Positions 13,571 through 26,460 of a DNA stretch of 64,000 nucleotides are shown one piece after another (the stretch's first letter is position 1; each line of letters begins with the position of its first letter). The notes below the pieces were generated by a model. It was not told the DNA's origin and searched no databases. It saw nothing but the letters and a program-made list of their open reading frames with translations. The position numbers and the translations under genes are program-made. The stretch is from Vicugna vicugna (Eukaryota), in the NCBI GenBank assembly GCA_013265495.1, contig MU061578.1, positions 2,365,308-2,429,307 on the forward strand, read 5' to 3'.

Positions 13571-13708
13571 AAAATCTCAACCCCTCAGCATCCACAGTTG
13601 GGGCTGGCGGCTTAGCCTCTCACTCAACAACTGACCCCCATTGTACTGGACCAAATAACAGGACCATCAAAGGTATCTGTTCAGTGAAAAGAAGGCTGGC
13701 TGAGCCCA

Positions 13709-13938
13709 GAGAAGGAGGAGGAAGGAGAGGGGAGGGAAGGAAGGAGGGAGAAGATGGGAAGGATTGGAAGCAAGACGACAGGGAGGTGAGAGAGAGGGAG
13801 GAGAGGGAGGAGGAGGGGAAGGAGGAAACCAGAAAGGAAGAGGCGAGGGGGAGGAAAGGGAGGAAGTGGAGGGAGGGAAGAAGAAAGCAGAGAGGAGAGG
13901 GAGGACAGTGATAATGAAGGGGAGAAGAGGCAGGGAGG
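13709..13938 (+). repeat. Polypurine (GA-rich) low-complexity tract
   Basis: About 230 bp almost all G/A; produces the spurious E/G/R-rich and L/P/S-rich ORFs in the track. Confidence 0.9.
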
Positions 13939-14162
13939 CGTCACTACCGGGAGCCCATATTCACAGTGGCAGAGTCTCTGTGGGAGAATCAAGGGCCATC
14001 TGACATGAGTCACTCCTACTCTAAGGCAGCAGCAAGATGCTAATCCGAGCCACGCCCTCGCAAAGAACAGTCTGGGTACCTTGCCGACCAGCATCACCCT
14101 GACACATCCTCACCCAGAGAGGGTTCCTCCCTGGCGGCGCTGGGAGTGGCAGCTCCCGCAAA

Positions 14163-14181
14163 CGGTCACTAGGTGGCGCGT
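14163..14181 (+). promoter_or_regulatory. Candidate CTCF binding site
   Basis: CGGTCACTAGGTGGCGCGT matches 13/14 positions of the core CCASYAGRKGGCRS, within a CpG-retaining non-repeat patch. Confidence 0.55.
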
Positions 14182-16599
14182 GCTCCTCACCTTCCCTTCC
14201 CCAGGTCTCAGCTGCGAGAAACTGAGGCTGGCACCTCAGGAAAGGGAAGGGTCCTACCACTGATGGACACCTGCAGCCAGACCCCCTGGGGACAGCGGCG
14301 CAGTCTGTGGTGGCCAGGTCGTCTCCTCGTCTGCTTAGGAAGTAGATCCATGCTGTCTCTCTCAAGTCAGGGCTTGCTTTAGAGACACTCACCAAGAAAC
14401 ATACTGAGTCCTGATCCCAACCCCACCCCAAGAGCAGTTACAGAACACATTCCTTGAAGGCACCTCACAGCCCAGTCTCAAGGGAAAGGAAGGGTTTCCA
14501 AACACAGAAATTGCACTATTATCTGCTTTACACACCGGATACCCATGCAATAAATAATTTGGGAGGAAAACAAGCTCAGTGCTTAAAAAGGATTCATAAT
14601 TAGGGGTTCCTTTTCTTAAAGGGCCCCACCAAAGTTGATTAAGCTTCACGTCACACAAAACGTGGACCTGCCCCTGCCTGGCACATACTAAGTGCTCGCG
14701 CCCCAGTGGTTAACATACGAGATGGATGTATTCCACTTTACAGACGCAGAAACTAAGGCTCAAGAACATCAAGACCTATGAAGAATGGGAATAAGCTGGG
14801 ACCCCTACGGAAACCTCAGGACCACAGTCAAAGCCTTGCCAAAGCACCACAGCAATGGACCATCACTGTAGAGATCTGACGCCACACATCCCTGATCCCT
14901 CATCTCTGCCAAGCATCCTTCACAGCTCATGGACTAAACCCCCATGGCCTCCCTGTCATGTCACATGAGTCCATGGGTGTATGCTGTCCCTTTGCCTAAA
15001 TGATAAGGATGCCATTGGAAGGAATATGTGTTTAATGTGATTTGTGTATCTCCACTCACCGATAGCCTCTAGTACCTGGGTCTGCATTCAGCAAGTGATC
15101 CATAAATGTGTATTCCTGCACTGCTGGCACAGCATAAGTGTAGGGGGTAAGAGTGGAGTGTTGGTGACTGGAAAATGAGAGTGTTCCAGAATTACGGAGC
15201 AAATGAACAGGGAAATGCCTCGTCTATAATAAATATACCTCTGAAGAGTCTTAAAAGAAATCAGTGAAGCACAACATCAAAGTCCCAGGGAGTTATAAAT
15301 CAGCAGCCTGATAGACAAAAGTGCATCTGAAATCATTTAAAGTGCACCAGAAATCATTTATGTCTGAGTAATTAGAACACATTGGAATGACTCTGTGCCA
15401 TTGAACCGAAATTGAGCAACATAATGTTTATGAAATCCCCGTGGACTCGGCAAGGAAAACCAGAAAGATGAAAGTTGCATTGAAAATACCCCCACCTGTC
15501 CGGAGTCCTCCTAAGCAGTCCCCGGGAGGACCTAAAGGAGATGTAGTTTGTCTCTAACCCATGTCCAAACTAGCCTTTTCCTTTTGGTTTAAAAATGTCT
15601 GCAGTCCCAGGTGTTGAAAGAAAAACATGCAAGTCCCAGGCTGCATGTAACAGAACAGGGTCCCCCATCTGACCCCACTTCCCAACTGAGAAGGGTGTTT
15701 GATAAGATAGAAAAGACACCTGGGGAGTAGGGGAACACACAGAGTTTTCCAAAAGCGTTAGCAGTATTAGCAAGAAAAAGGCTGGGCTTTCTTTTCAGGG
15801 CTCCCATGGGATGTGACACTCCCTCCCACAGCCCCATGAGGGAGAAAGTGAAGGGGGGCTGGGACCCTGGAGGGAAGCAGCAGGGTAAAAATTCCAAGGG
15901 AACCCCAGGTAAGGAAAATAGGAGACAACAAAGATCAGAGAGAGGGACTTCTGATGCCCACCTGTGAATCCACTTGTCAGATGAAAACTGGGAAAAAATA
16001 ACCCCATGTACTTTGATTTGGGGAATAAATTGAGGATAAGGCATAGAAGCATGTGGGTGTCAAGTACTGTTACAACCTCTCCATTCGGTGATGGAACCCA
16101 GCCCCACAAACATGACCCCAGCATGGCCCCAGTACTGGGAGGCTTCCTCCCACAAAATGATAGTCTGAACCAGTTCCATGAGCTGGATCTGACATTCTAG
16201 TGTCACAGTCGGCTCACTGTCATCTAGGGACGAAAATTCCTGGTTGGGCCATGCTTCCTTCATTCCCTCCCCGCCCCCTATTTTTAGACAACTTAACCTC
16301 AGCCTCTGGATCAATCCTGGGCTGTCACTGGCCTGCATCAGCATGTTGGGCAGACAGGAAAACAAGCAGAAGGTCCCAGGTGCATGGGGTGGGGTGGGGG
16401 TAATGCTGCAGCCCACGTACAGAAATGTGTACTTATGCCCCCTCTGCTAGAAATCCAGGAGGTTATTTTAGGGAATCTGTCTTACACTGTGTGATTGCAA
16501 ATGTAGGGAGGGCATATGCGTGTCGAGACTTCTGAGGGACATCCACCTGGATGGCAAGGAGAGGTCCTGCTGGAGCCTGAGGAGATGACCAATGCCAAG

Positions 16600-17253
16600 C
16601 TGACAGCTGTTTTCCATTCTGTAGCCTCTGCAATTCTGCCCCCACTTCAGAGGAGGTCCCACAAAGAAGCCAGAGGGGTCTTCACAAAATGCCAACTGGA
16701 TCACCTTCCACACAATCTTACAAGGCCTTCCATGCTTTGGGATAAAAACCAGTGTCCTCCCATGGCCTGAAGCCCTGTGTGGGCTGGCCCCTGTCCTGTT
16801 GATCCCTTTGGCCTCATCTAGGATATAGCTACTCTAGCAGACTTCTGACAGTTCCTGGAGATAATAATGTTCTTCTGGCCACAGGGCCTTTGCACATACT
16901 GCCACTATATCCTCCGCTCTGTCTGAAAGGCTCTACTCCCTGACTTTGCCCTGATCCTGTTCTCCTACTTGAGAGTTAAGCTAATGAGTCCCTTCCTTGG
17001 GTAACCCCAGACATACTCATCATCTGGGCCAGATTTCATTGTAATAGCTTCCCCCTCCCCCGAGCAACATTCCTCCATTTGCAGACATCCTTTAGTGATT
17101 ATATGCTAATTTCTGTCTCTCCCACTAGACTGTAGGCTCCAAGAAGGCAGGCCTAGGTGTGCCTTGGCTGATCGCTATAGCCTGAGGAATTACCCAGGGC
17201 CTGACATATAGTGATGCTCAAAATTAGGTGAATGAATGGGTGGATGGATGAAT
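16600..17253 (+). mobile_element. L2 3' region
   Basis: cagggcctttgcacatactg; cccactagactgtaggctccaagaaggcagg; tail tgaatgaatgggtggatggatgaat. Confidence 0.85.
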
Positions 17254-18529
17254 CACTGGTTTTTATTGACAGTGGCTTCTGAGATTGAGCATTTTTATCA
17301 GTTGGAAAAAGTTGAGGACATCAAAATACAAAGCAAAGGCTCTTGAAGGGTGAGAAAAGCCAAAGTAGGAGCCAAAAAAACCAGCAGCAATAATGTTGGT
17401 GAGAGACAGGCCCACCAATTCCTTTATACATTCACTCACTCACTCACTCAGTTTGAATGTTTGAATGTGCTGGGCTCCTCCAATACATGGGCACTGCAAT
17501 GGTGCTGGGGTTGCGGTGAGCTTCTGGGAGCTACCTCATAGATGAGGGTTTGAATTCAGGTCATGGGGTCTCACCTGGTTTGGCCAACTCTGGCCTGGGG
17601 TAGCCCTGGATCAACCTTGGCCAAACATCTCTAAATGACTGACACTTGCCAAACTTCCAGGATGATACTGTCCTTTGTCCCCACATGACGGAAATACAAA
17701 CTTGGCAGATAAAAGCCTGGAGGCTGACCACCCTTGGCCTCCAGCAGGCTGACCTCTCTCCAGAGCAGGGCGCACCCCAGCATTCACATTCCACTCCCAT
17801 CGCAGACAGGCAATGACAGAGGACAGAAGTTGGCTGGATGTGTTTTGCTAGTAATGATGGCATATTGGAAATTCACATTCAAAATACATTTCTCCCTCCT
17901 GTAAAATGAGGTCACATCTACTGATTCGGGTAATGAACATCTAACTTAAATTCAAGCCCTGGGCTGGGAGCAAGGGCCCAGGCATGGTCCAGCATGTTCC
18001 AGGTGGTCCATCCCATTTCAGTGCACATCACAGAGCCCTCTCCCCTCCCTCCAGTCATTTTATTTCTTAGCAAAATCATTACTGAGAATATTGAACTAAC
18101 TTACAGAGACATATTTACTTCCCTTATCTTCCCACCGTCTCTCTTGATTAAAAGCTATGTGTGATATTTGTAGTTATCAAACATCAATATTTGGCATGGA
18201 TTTGCGGGATGGAGATAGCAGAAGGAAAGGACTCTGACCATTTCTATAAAGGGGAAAACCTTGAGCAAACAGACTGAATTTCTTATCAAGGGCACCAAAG
18301 AGCAGAGATTCATTTCAGAAGGGACTAGCCAGACCGCACCCCAGCAGGCTCTGTGAAACCCATGATCGGGACTCAAAATTAGATTCATTGAGAAAGCCAG
18401 CTACCTTCAGAGGACAGAGGAAGAGGGGTGAGAATTATGCAGCCTTCTTGACAACTATCAGAGCTGGCTGGGATTGCAGTCCTCTTCCCCAAAGAGCTAC
18501 GTCCAGCACTCAAACTGGGCAGAGCTGAA

Positions 18530-18760
18530 TATAACAGCAACAATAACAATAAGGAGTTAACTCTTCCCTAGTGCCCGCCCCTAAAACTTTGCCTACATTA
18601 ATTCATTTAATCCTCACAACAAAGTGATTTATTAACTCCAGACATGAAAAGTGTGGTGCAGCGAGGTCCAGCCGCTTGCCCGGTCTTACACCAGGAGTGT
18701 GTGGCAGAGCTGGGAGTCAGTGCCTGCAGCCTGGTTCCCAAATCTGTGCATGTAACCAGT
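18530..18760 (-). mobile_element. MIR SINE
   Basis: attcatttaatcctcacaacaa...gcttgcccggtcttacac...gtggcagagctggga. Confidence 0.75.
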
Positions 18761-18829
18761 CCAGCCCCCTGCCCTCTGCCTCACAGCCTCACAGAGGCGT
18801 CTCCGTTGCCCAGAATCCATAGTACATGA

Positions 18830-19030
18830 CGCTGGTTTAAGAGCTGCTGCCGATCTAGAGGCAGAGTCCTTGCTTCAGGTCCCCCACCATCCCTGACTCC
18901 CTGAAAGGCCTTCACAAAATTAGCGGATACTCAGCATGCTCCTCTGTGAAGCAGGGGTGGTGATGGCCATGCCTGCCCCTCTGGGGTGTTATGAGGAAAC
19001 ACAACACGTGGTTTCAAAGGGCTTAGTGTG
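18830..19030 (+). mobile_element. MIR SINE (diverged)
   Basis: tggtttaagagc...ctcagcatgctcctctgtgaagcaggggtggtgatg...gggtgttatgagga. Confidence 0.55.
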
Positions 19031-19064
19031 CAAGTGGGATTCATCTTCACTGACGGTGAGCACT

Positions 19065-19520
19065 GTCCTTTGTACAACAGCTTTGGAAAAATCTGCAGTG
19101 GTAGCTACTAAAACTAAACACGTGTCTGTTCTATTCTACCCCATGGTGATTCTCAAGAGAAATAGGTGCATGTGTCCATCAAACAGCAGGGACATGAGTA
19201 TGAATAGCCCCAAACTGAAAACAACCCAAACGCTCATCAGTGGGAGGATGCAAGAATTAATTATGGTATAAACACATAGTGAAATACTATCCAACAATTT
19301 TAAAGAGAACATTTACTCCTGATCCAGTGCAATAATGTGGCTGAACCTCGCAGGGATGACGTTGAAGGCAAGAAGGCAGACGTGGCGTATGTACTGTCCG
19401 GGTCCATTTATATGAAGTTCACAAAAGAGCAAAATCAATCTTTGGTGATAAAAATCAGACGGGTAGTTGGCAAGAGGTAGTGCTGACTCAGATGAGGCAC
19501 GGGGGAGCCTTTTGAGGTGC
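19065..19520 (+). mobile_element. L1ME-type ORF2 end/3' UTR fragment
   Basis: ctttggaaaa...aatagccccaaactgaaaacaacccaaa...ccatttatatgaagttca...tttggtgataaaaatcag. Confidence 0.85.
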
Positions 19521-20899
19521 CCCGAATCAGTAAGACTAAGTCCATCACTTGCTCATTCATTTCAGCAGCATTTAGAGTTCCCTTCTGTGTTTCAGCCTTC
19601 CCTCAGGAGGTGGGGAGAAGACTCATTCCTGACCTGAAGTACAATGCTTGCACTGGAAACCTATCAGGATCCCCGTGTCTGCAGGGGGCACAGCCATCCT
19701 CAGGGATTTGGGGAAATCGCTAAAGAGATTTCCCCCTTTTATCTGGCAGCAAGCGGTGGAGAGAAATGGCAGGGCTGCTCATCAGAGCAGCAGACCTCTG
19801 CACTCGCTGTGCCCCAGGTCGTCAGCACCACTTAGCATTTCATCCTGGCAAGCCTGGCTTGCTTTAATCAGGACCACGTGGCCAAAATCATGTGCGACAT
19901 TTTGAAGGGAAAGAATTTAAGCCTCCATGTCTCACTGCCCCGAGTATCAGCTTTGTCCTTCTGCTCTTAATGCTGTTATCTCGTCCGCACACTTGGTGTT
20001 CTGCCGAGCAGACGCTATGAAAAGGCATATTAGCGATGAGAAGCAGAGCGTGCCCAGGCGCCTGGGTGTCAAGCTGGTGACCCCTCTGCTCTGGAGGCCA
20101 GCTCCGGTGGGGCATAGCAGTGAAAAATGCCCGAGGAGGACCAAGTCTTCCTCCAGTTCCACAGCAACTAAGCCAGGTCCCAGGGAGAGCTTTCTCAAAA
20201 GCAAAGCGGATGAAGACAATCATCAGCTTAAAACCCTTCAGTGGTCCCACACCAATCACAGCAAGAATCCAATTCCTTGCCCGCCATGGAGCTCCGGGGT
20301 GTGCCCACGCTTCGTGCCCACCTCTGACATCCCCTCCTTCAGGACCTATGCCAGGCTGGAGTCTGTGCCCATGTTGCCCTTTCTACCTGGAGCCCCCACC
20401 CGCTGCAATCAGTGTAATGACTCCTGTCCCTCAAGACTCTGTGTCACCTCTTCCACGAAGTTTTCCCTCACTGCCTATTTGTGCCACCATCGAATGTTAC
20501 TTTTTGCAGTCAGATTGTGCCTCAAGTATGGGTCTCTTTTTGTTCGCTGTTGCCTTCCCTCTTAGACTGCCCTTACAGGGCAACGTCCGGGTTGTTCTTG
20601 TTCTTGTTTTTGTTTTTGTTTTATCTTTGTATCTTCTGACTCTTAGTAGTGACTGCAACAGAGTTTGTTTAAGGGGAGGGGAGAGGAGGGAGGAATAGAA
20701 GAGAAGGGGAGGTGAGGAAGAGAGCAGGTGAAAGAGGAAGGGAGCGTCCACTACCAGGCATCTAGTGGACAGAGAAACTCAATGCAACCAGAGAGGCTGG
20801 GGAAGAATTTGGGGGCAAGGCTTTTTGGGTGGATCTTGATGGATGGTCAGGGAATCTGGACAGCTAGGTTTGAGGGGTGACCTCGAGCAGAAGGGATAG

Positions 20900-21240
20900 C
20901 CTGAGCAAGAGTCCACAGTCAGGTAAGATGGCACATAGAGACAGGAGGACCAGGGCTGGAGGAGTAGCAAGATGGGGCCCAAGGCTGGCTGGGAATCAGA
21001 GGAGTTTGTACTGTATTCTCACATGCCATGGAGCTACTGAAACATGATGAAAAGGGGAGAATCCTAGTCAAACAGTGAGGCCAAGGCAACTGGAAAGGGA
21101 AGAGCTGGAAGTGGAGGACTGGTTAGAGCTGTTTATATAATCCAGAAGCTATGCAAGGAAGGCATGGACCAGAACGGTGGGTCCACTGGGATGTGCCGAG
21201 GGGAGAACGGATAAGCTCTACAGACTTCAGATGGGGAGTA
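20900..21240 (-). mobile_element. L2 fragment
   Basis: ggagtttgtactgtattctc...catggagctactgaa...agactggttagagctg-like...taatccag. Confidence 0.55.
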
Positions 21241-21776
21241 GGAGGTGGAAATGCAAAGGATGCCAGGGGACAAGAGGTTGGTGTTGCCCTTGAATGTATA
21301 GGAAGAGAAGCAACTGGAGGTGGGCAGCCAGGCAGTTCCAAGTCAGCTGCTGTGTCTCCAGAGACATCTGGCATTGGGATGACACCAGTGCTGCCCGACT
21401 AACTACCAGTCATTATAATCAATGTGCCACTCCTTCCTGCTGAGGATAGAAATGGCCTTAGCACCGCTCGCACTGACTGGCATCTGTCAGTGGGCTGTTA
21501 TGTTTCTCCCACACCTGGTCACAGGCATCACGACCCGGGATTAGGGGGTTGAGAGCTGAAAGAGCCTACTGGACCCACGTTTTATAGATGAGCTGGTGGC
21601 AGAACTGGGTGCAAAATCCAGCTTGAGGCAGCAAAACTCTTTCTTGAATGTCCTGCTTGAATGTCCTGCTGCTCTTGGAACATAAAACAGGGCACAGGCC
21701 CTTCAGCCTCACAGGAATTACGAGCCAGAGCAGAAATGACCAACAAACCTGCCTCCAGGAGAAAATGGCCACTTTT

Positions 21777-21780
<4 letters not shown>

Positions 21781-21818
<38 letters not shown>
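21781..21818 (+). repeat. (TC)19 microsatellite
   Basis: Perfect dinucleotide run. Confidence 0.97.
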
Positions 21819-21822
<4 letters not shown>

Positions 21823-22277
21823 TTCCTTCTGGAATCTGGCATCAATCAAACCTTGGTCAACTCCCAGCGGAAGTGAAGGCTGGGCAAGTGGGTGTGGGTG
21901 TAAAAGGGGACATGAATGGGACTGCAATTTCTTCCCAGAGCTTCACATCCGTCCCTCTAAACAACACAGATCACTTTTGCGAAATTCCAAAAGGTGGCAG
22001 CATTCCATTAAATATTCATTTGCTGCTGAGGCTGTTGTAGCAAGGAGCATCCCACAGAATTGACTCAGGGAGGAAGTTAAGATAACTGGAGGGCCAGGGT
22101 CAGGATGGCTGGAGGGTCCAGCACTGATGGGGGCTGGTGCCTGGGGGAACCTGTGAGCCCTCAACAAGAGGAGGAAGGGAAGGAAGGATACTGGACAGAA
22201 AGACCCTACACCAGTGCCTTTGACCCCAAGACAAGGAGAATGTTAGACTCAGCCCAGGAATTTTACAGCACAGGATC

Positions 22278-22764
22278 TGGGGTGGACAGACTCCCAGGGT
22301 GGCCCCTGTTCACACAGCATATAATCCTCTCCAGCAAAATGTGGGCAGGATCTGTGACTTGCTTCTAACCAATAGCATATGTGATGGGATCCCACCCAGA
22401 TGACTGAGTTAGGGCATGTAGATATAAGACTGCAGCTAGCATGCCCTACAGACACTCTCCTGCTGGCTCAGTTGGGAAGGTAAGCTGCCTATGTGAGGGC
22501 CAGGCAGCAGGAAACTACGGAAAGTCTCTAGGAGCTCTGTCCTACATACTCAAGGGGCTGAATTCTCCCAACAAGCAGTGAGTTCCAGACAAGACCCCAG
22601 CCCCGGCCGACACCTGGACTGCAGCCTCGTGAGACCCTGAGCAGAGGGCCCAGCCATGCCAGGCCCGGGCCCTGGCCACATGTTTACTGTGAGATGGTAA
22701 ACGGGTGTTTCAAGCGGCTACATCTCTGGTGATTTTTTTTATGTAGCCAAAGAAAATGAATACA
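22278..22764 (+). mobile_element. MLT1E-like MaLR LTR
   Basis: tgtgggcaggatctgtgacttgcttctaaccaatag; gcagcctcgtgagaccctgagcagagg; end gaaaatgaataca. Confidence 0.85.
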
Positions 22765-23344
22765 GTATACTTATGTTACAGAAACGTATAGGGGTTATGA
22801 AATACAGCTCCAGAATGAGGCAGAATAAAGCCGAAGTGTGGATTCTGCTACTTGACTGCACTATGTCTCTAGTATAATTGAGAAAGAGAGAGAAAATGCC
22901 AGCAGGATGTTTCTTGTGCTGGGCAGCGTCATCGCCGTCTGCTTTAGGAGGCATTCACTCTAGAGCGAACCCTCAAATTGAGTATAGATCTGTCTCGTTT
23001 CCCAAGCACTTCTTACCAGGTGACCATTTGACTGCACTGAACCTGATGTTTAAAGACAGCTATACGCCATGCATCCAGTGTGTGACCTCAGCACAGCCAC
23101 TTCATCCAGGACCTAAGCAAAGACTCTAGTCTGTTCTAATATTCAAGGAAAGCACGGCTGTCTCAGATGTATGGAGGGGCAGAAACCCTGGTCTCCAACT
23201 TGGCCCCCTCCCATGGGACCTTCAACAGGTAACTTTGACCAGGGGTGGTTTCTGCCTTACCTGCTGACTCTAGAATCAACCCCATATCTAAGATATTCCC
23301 AGAGATGCTCCCTGCACCACCAAAGAGAGCCAGGCAGCCTTACC

Positions 23345-23590
23345 CTCAGTGCAGCTCAGGGAAACAGCCTGATCTAGGTTCACATTCCAGATCCAACACC
23401 CACTAGCTATGAGGCTCAGTAAGTTGCTCTCCTCTGAGCCTCGGTTTCCTCACCTGTGAAATGGGGGGTAGGGTTAGTTCTTCCTTCGTTGGGGCCTCTG
23501 GGGGCTATATGAGATAATGCATTTGAAATACTGAGCACAAAGGCAGGTACTTCCTAGGTGCCTAACAATGCTAGGCATTGTTATTATTTC
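23345..23590 (+). mobile_element. MIR SINE, near full length
   Basis: ctctgagcctcggtttcctcacctgtgaaatggggg...tgagataatgcatttgaaatactgagcaca. Confidence 0.9.
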
Positions 23591-23959
23591 CTTATTCTGA
23601 ATGCAAGTGAGCGGCACCTGCTGTACCCAGGAAAGGCCCTTTCTGGGAGGCAGCACTAAAGTGGAAATCTGGGGTCAGAAATTGTGGTGCAGAAATTGCC
23701 GGCACCATGGGCAGTCAGTGGAAAGATGCCAGGGCTTGAGACGTCCTACCTCTTGAGGCAGCCAAGGACCAAAAAGTCCATCTCCAGGCCCTGGTTTAGT
23801 GTTGCAAGCCTCATTTTCACTCCTCCAAGGGGAATGCAGCATTTCTATGACAACTGAGAATGAAACTACTAAAATGCCATCAGCTGTCCTGAAAAGCTCC
23901 CTTAATAGCCCAGAACTCACTGCTTAATTTCAAAACTAGTCATTATCAATATTATTATT

Positions 23960-24520
23960 ATTACTTCTATATCAAGGAAAACAACCACTCACTGTAAAAA
24001 TAAAATAAAATAAAACCTGAAGAGTCAAAAAAAATGCAAAAACCACCAATTTAATTGAATTTCCCATCTGCCTCTCTGACATCTCTTTCTGCTTTTCAGA
24101 GAAAGGGAGATATATGAATATAATCGCACATAATTGGAATCATATGATATATGCTGTATTTCTCACTCCACAATATGTCATGAGCATCTTTCCAAGTCAA
24201 TAAACATAAATCCTCACCATGAAATCCTAGCAGCAGCTCAGAATTGGACTTTATGGATGCACACAATTTACTTAAACAATTCCTTATTGATGGATATTGA
24301 GGGTGTATCTTTTTATTATTGTTTTTGCTAATACAATCATCCCTCAACAACACAGCTTCTCACACTCATATAATCATCCCCAAGGTGTACATTCCTAGAA
24401 GAGTGATTACGTGGATCAAGAGTGAGCACATTTTGCACACTGAAACATGTGAGATAACCTGCCACTCAGGATGGTTGGTCACCACATGCTTCCACCAACG
24501 GAGGTCACACAGATGACTGC
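23960..24520 (-). mobile_element. L1ME-type fragment
   Basis: caatatgtcatgagcatctttcca...tttacttaaacaattccttattgatggatatt...attcctagaagagtgatt. Confidence 0.75.
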
Positions 24521-25107
24521 TTCTACCCGTGACACACTGGGTTGGGAGGCTGATCTGTGGATTCCAGCCAGAAGGACCCAGACCAGAGCACTCTGAAGGT
24601 CAAGGGTGGGGAAGGGGGTGGAAGGATTAGGGTCTTCTGATCTTCACAGTATGAATCTCAGAAAACCTCTAAAATTCTGCAGCCTCTAGTGCGGAAGCAA
24701 GCAGGATAGTATCTTTGCTTCCAGTAATGAGAACCCATGAGCCTTAATGAGGCAAAGCTGGGGGCCAAGGAATACCCAAGCCAGCCCTACAGAGCTGAAA
24801 ATCCAGGGGCTGCTCTTCTAAGCTCACGGCAAATGGAGACCTCAGCCACAGCTGGTCTTACTGTGGGCAATAAGCATATGAGGTGGGGAGCTTCCTCCCC
24901 GCGTTTCCAAATGCTTTGTCTGTAAAAGCTTCTGCACTGCACCACCAGTTGCAAGACTCTTTGGTGAGTCATGTTCCTGCTCCACGCTTCATTTCCCATC
25001 TGCTAAATGGGTTTCGGATCTTTCCTTTTCTTTTCATAGACTTGGTGTGAGGTTACAAGAATCCTGTGTGGAGCTATAGGACACGGTTATTTTAAGATTA
25101 TGAAAAG

Positions 25108-25599
25108 TGTGGTAGCCAACCTCCAAAGTGGCCCCGATGATCACTCCTCTGGGTATGTACATCCGTGTGCGGTTCCCTCCCACAAGTGCATCAGGGGTGG
25201 TTTGTACACTGGGGAGAATACAGCAGAGATGACAGCATGTGACTCCCGAGAATAGGTCATGAAAGGCATCGTGGCTTCTGCCTTGCTCTCTCTTACTTAG
25301 ATTTCTCACCCTGGGGGAAGCCATTAGCCATGTCACAAGGACACAAAAGCAGCTTACAGAGATATCCGCAAGGGAGGAACTGAGGCCAGCTGACAATAAG
25401 GATCTAAGAGAGCCATCTTGGCAGTGGATCCTCTGGCCCCAGTCAAGCCTTCAGATGAGAGACTGTGAGCCAGAACCACCCATCAAAGCCACTCCCAGAA
25501 TCCTGACCCATGGGCACTGTGAGATAATAAAAGTTTGCCCTTTTAAGCCACTAATATGCAAGATAGTTTTTTTTAATATGGCAAGAAATAACTAACACA
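25108..25599 (+). mobile_element. MLT1F-like MaLR LTR
   Basis: Starts tgtggtagccaacctccaaagtggcccc; ccccagtcaagccttcagatga; ends aaataactaacaca. Confidence 0.88.
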
Positions 25600-26119
25600 C
25601 TTTCCTGCTCCTTTAATCATCTTCCTATCCACAAGACAGGGAGATGATTTCAGAAACTCAGGGTGAAGCCAGAAGACTGTGCTCCAGTGACAGAGGGAGT
25701 AAGAGGGTGGGTCCAGGCTCTGTGCCCTGGGGCATGTCACTTAACTTGAGTTTTGGTTTCATTATTCACACAATGAGACAGAGACAGCACTTACCTTGTG
25801 GGGTCATTGAGGAACTTAGAACAGAGATGAAACATCTGGTCAACTGCAACATGGGACAAGAAAGTTGGTGGTGCAATTGCCATTTCTCATCATCTTCCCT
25901 CCTCTTCCTCTTCTTCTTGGCATCTCAGATGAATATTTCTTTCAGGTGATCCAGCAATGAGGTTTATTATGCCAAAAACCCAGCCTCAAAAGTCTTTTAG
26001 GGAAAACAGACAGAGGCCAAGAGGTGGGACCTTAGAGAGTTCGATTTGTCCCAAGTATCAGCATGGACTGGGACATAAGAAGGAAGCATCACGAACACAG
26101 AGCACACACATGGAGCCTG

Positions 26120-26460
26120 CCAGGGCCATGTGAACATCTTTGATAAAAGAATTTACTCTCAGTCACCCACTCATCAGTATCACAATGCCTTGCCATTATC
26201 TGTTATTCTTTTTCTTGCCATACTCTTATTCCCATACTACTTTTTGTTTAAGTCAACTCACTTTTTTTTTCCACTTAAATATTTTCTAAAGAAATGTCAG
26301 ATCACTGCCATAAATGGAAAGCCAGTATTGTTTGCTATAACGAGAAGGTCAACACAAAACCAAATGCACAATGATCAATACAAAAGAACAACAATCAAAG
26401 TCCATGTGCCCCTTGAAGTCACCAACAGAACACAAGCGCACCACACTTTGGGAATCCGCC
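26120..26460. mobile_element. hAT-Charlie-type DNA transposon fossil
   Basis: actgccataaatggaaagccagtat and terminal accacactttgggaa typical of Charlie-family non-autonomous elements. Confidence 0.6.

Noticed and set aside
13561..14097. E/R/G-rich and L/P/S-rich ORFs
   Set aside because: Translations of the polypurine tract.
19927..20698. Longest ORFs (212 aa and 192 aa, plus strand)
   Set aside because: They overlap in different frames alongside antisense ORFs, have no recognisable domain or splice context, and one runs into a simple (TTTTTG)n tract; consistent with chance in GC-rich DNA.
21579..21673. Possible 95-nt minus-strand exon containing a 13-bp tandem duplication (cttgaatgtcctg twice)
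   Set aside because: Weak AAG acceptor and AAC|gtgggt donor; a frame-shifting duplication argues against coding constraint.
23261..23311. Possible 51-nt minus-strand exon (CAG|gtaagg donor)
   Set aside because: The acceptor pyrimidine tract is interrupted by purines; indistinguishable from a pseudo-exon without expression data.
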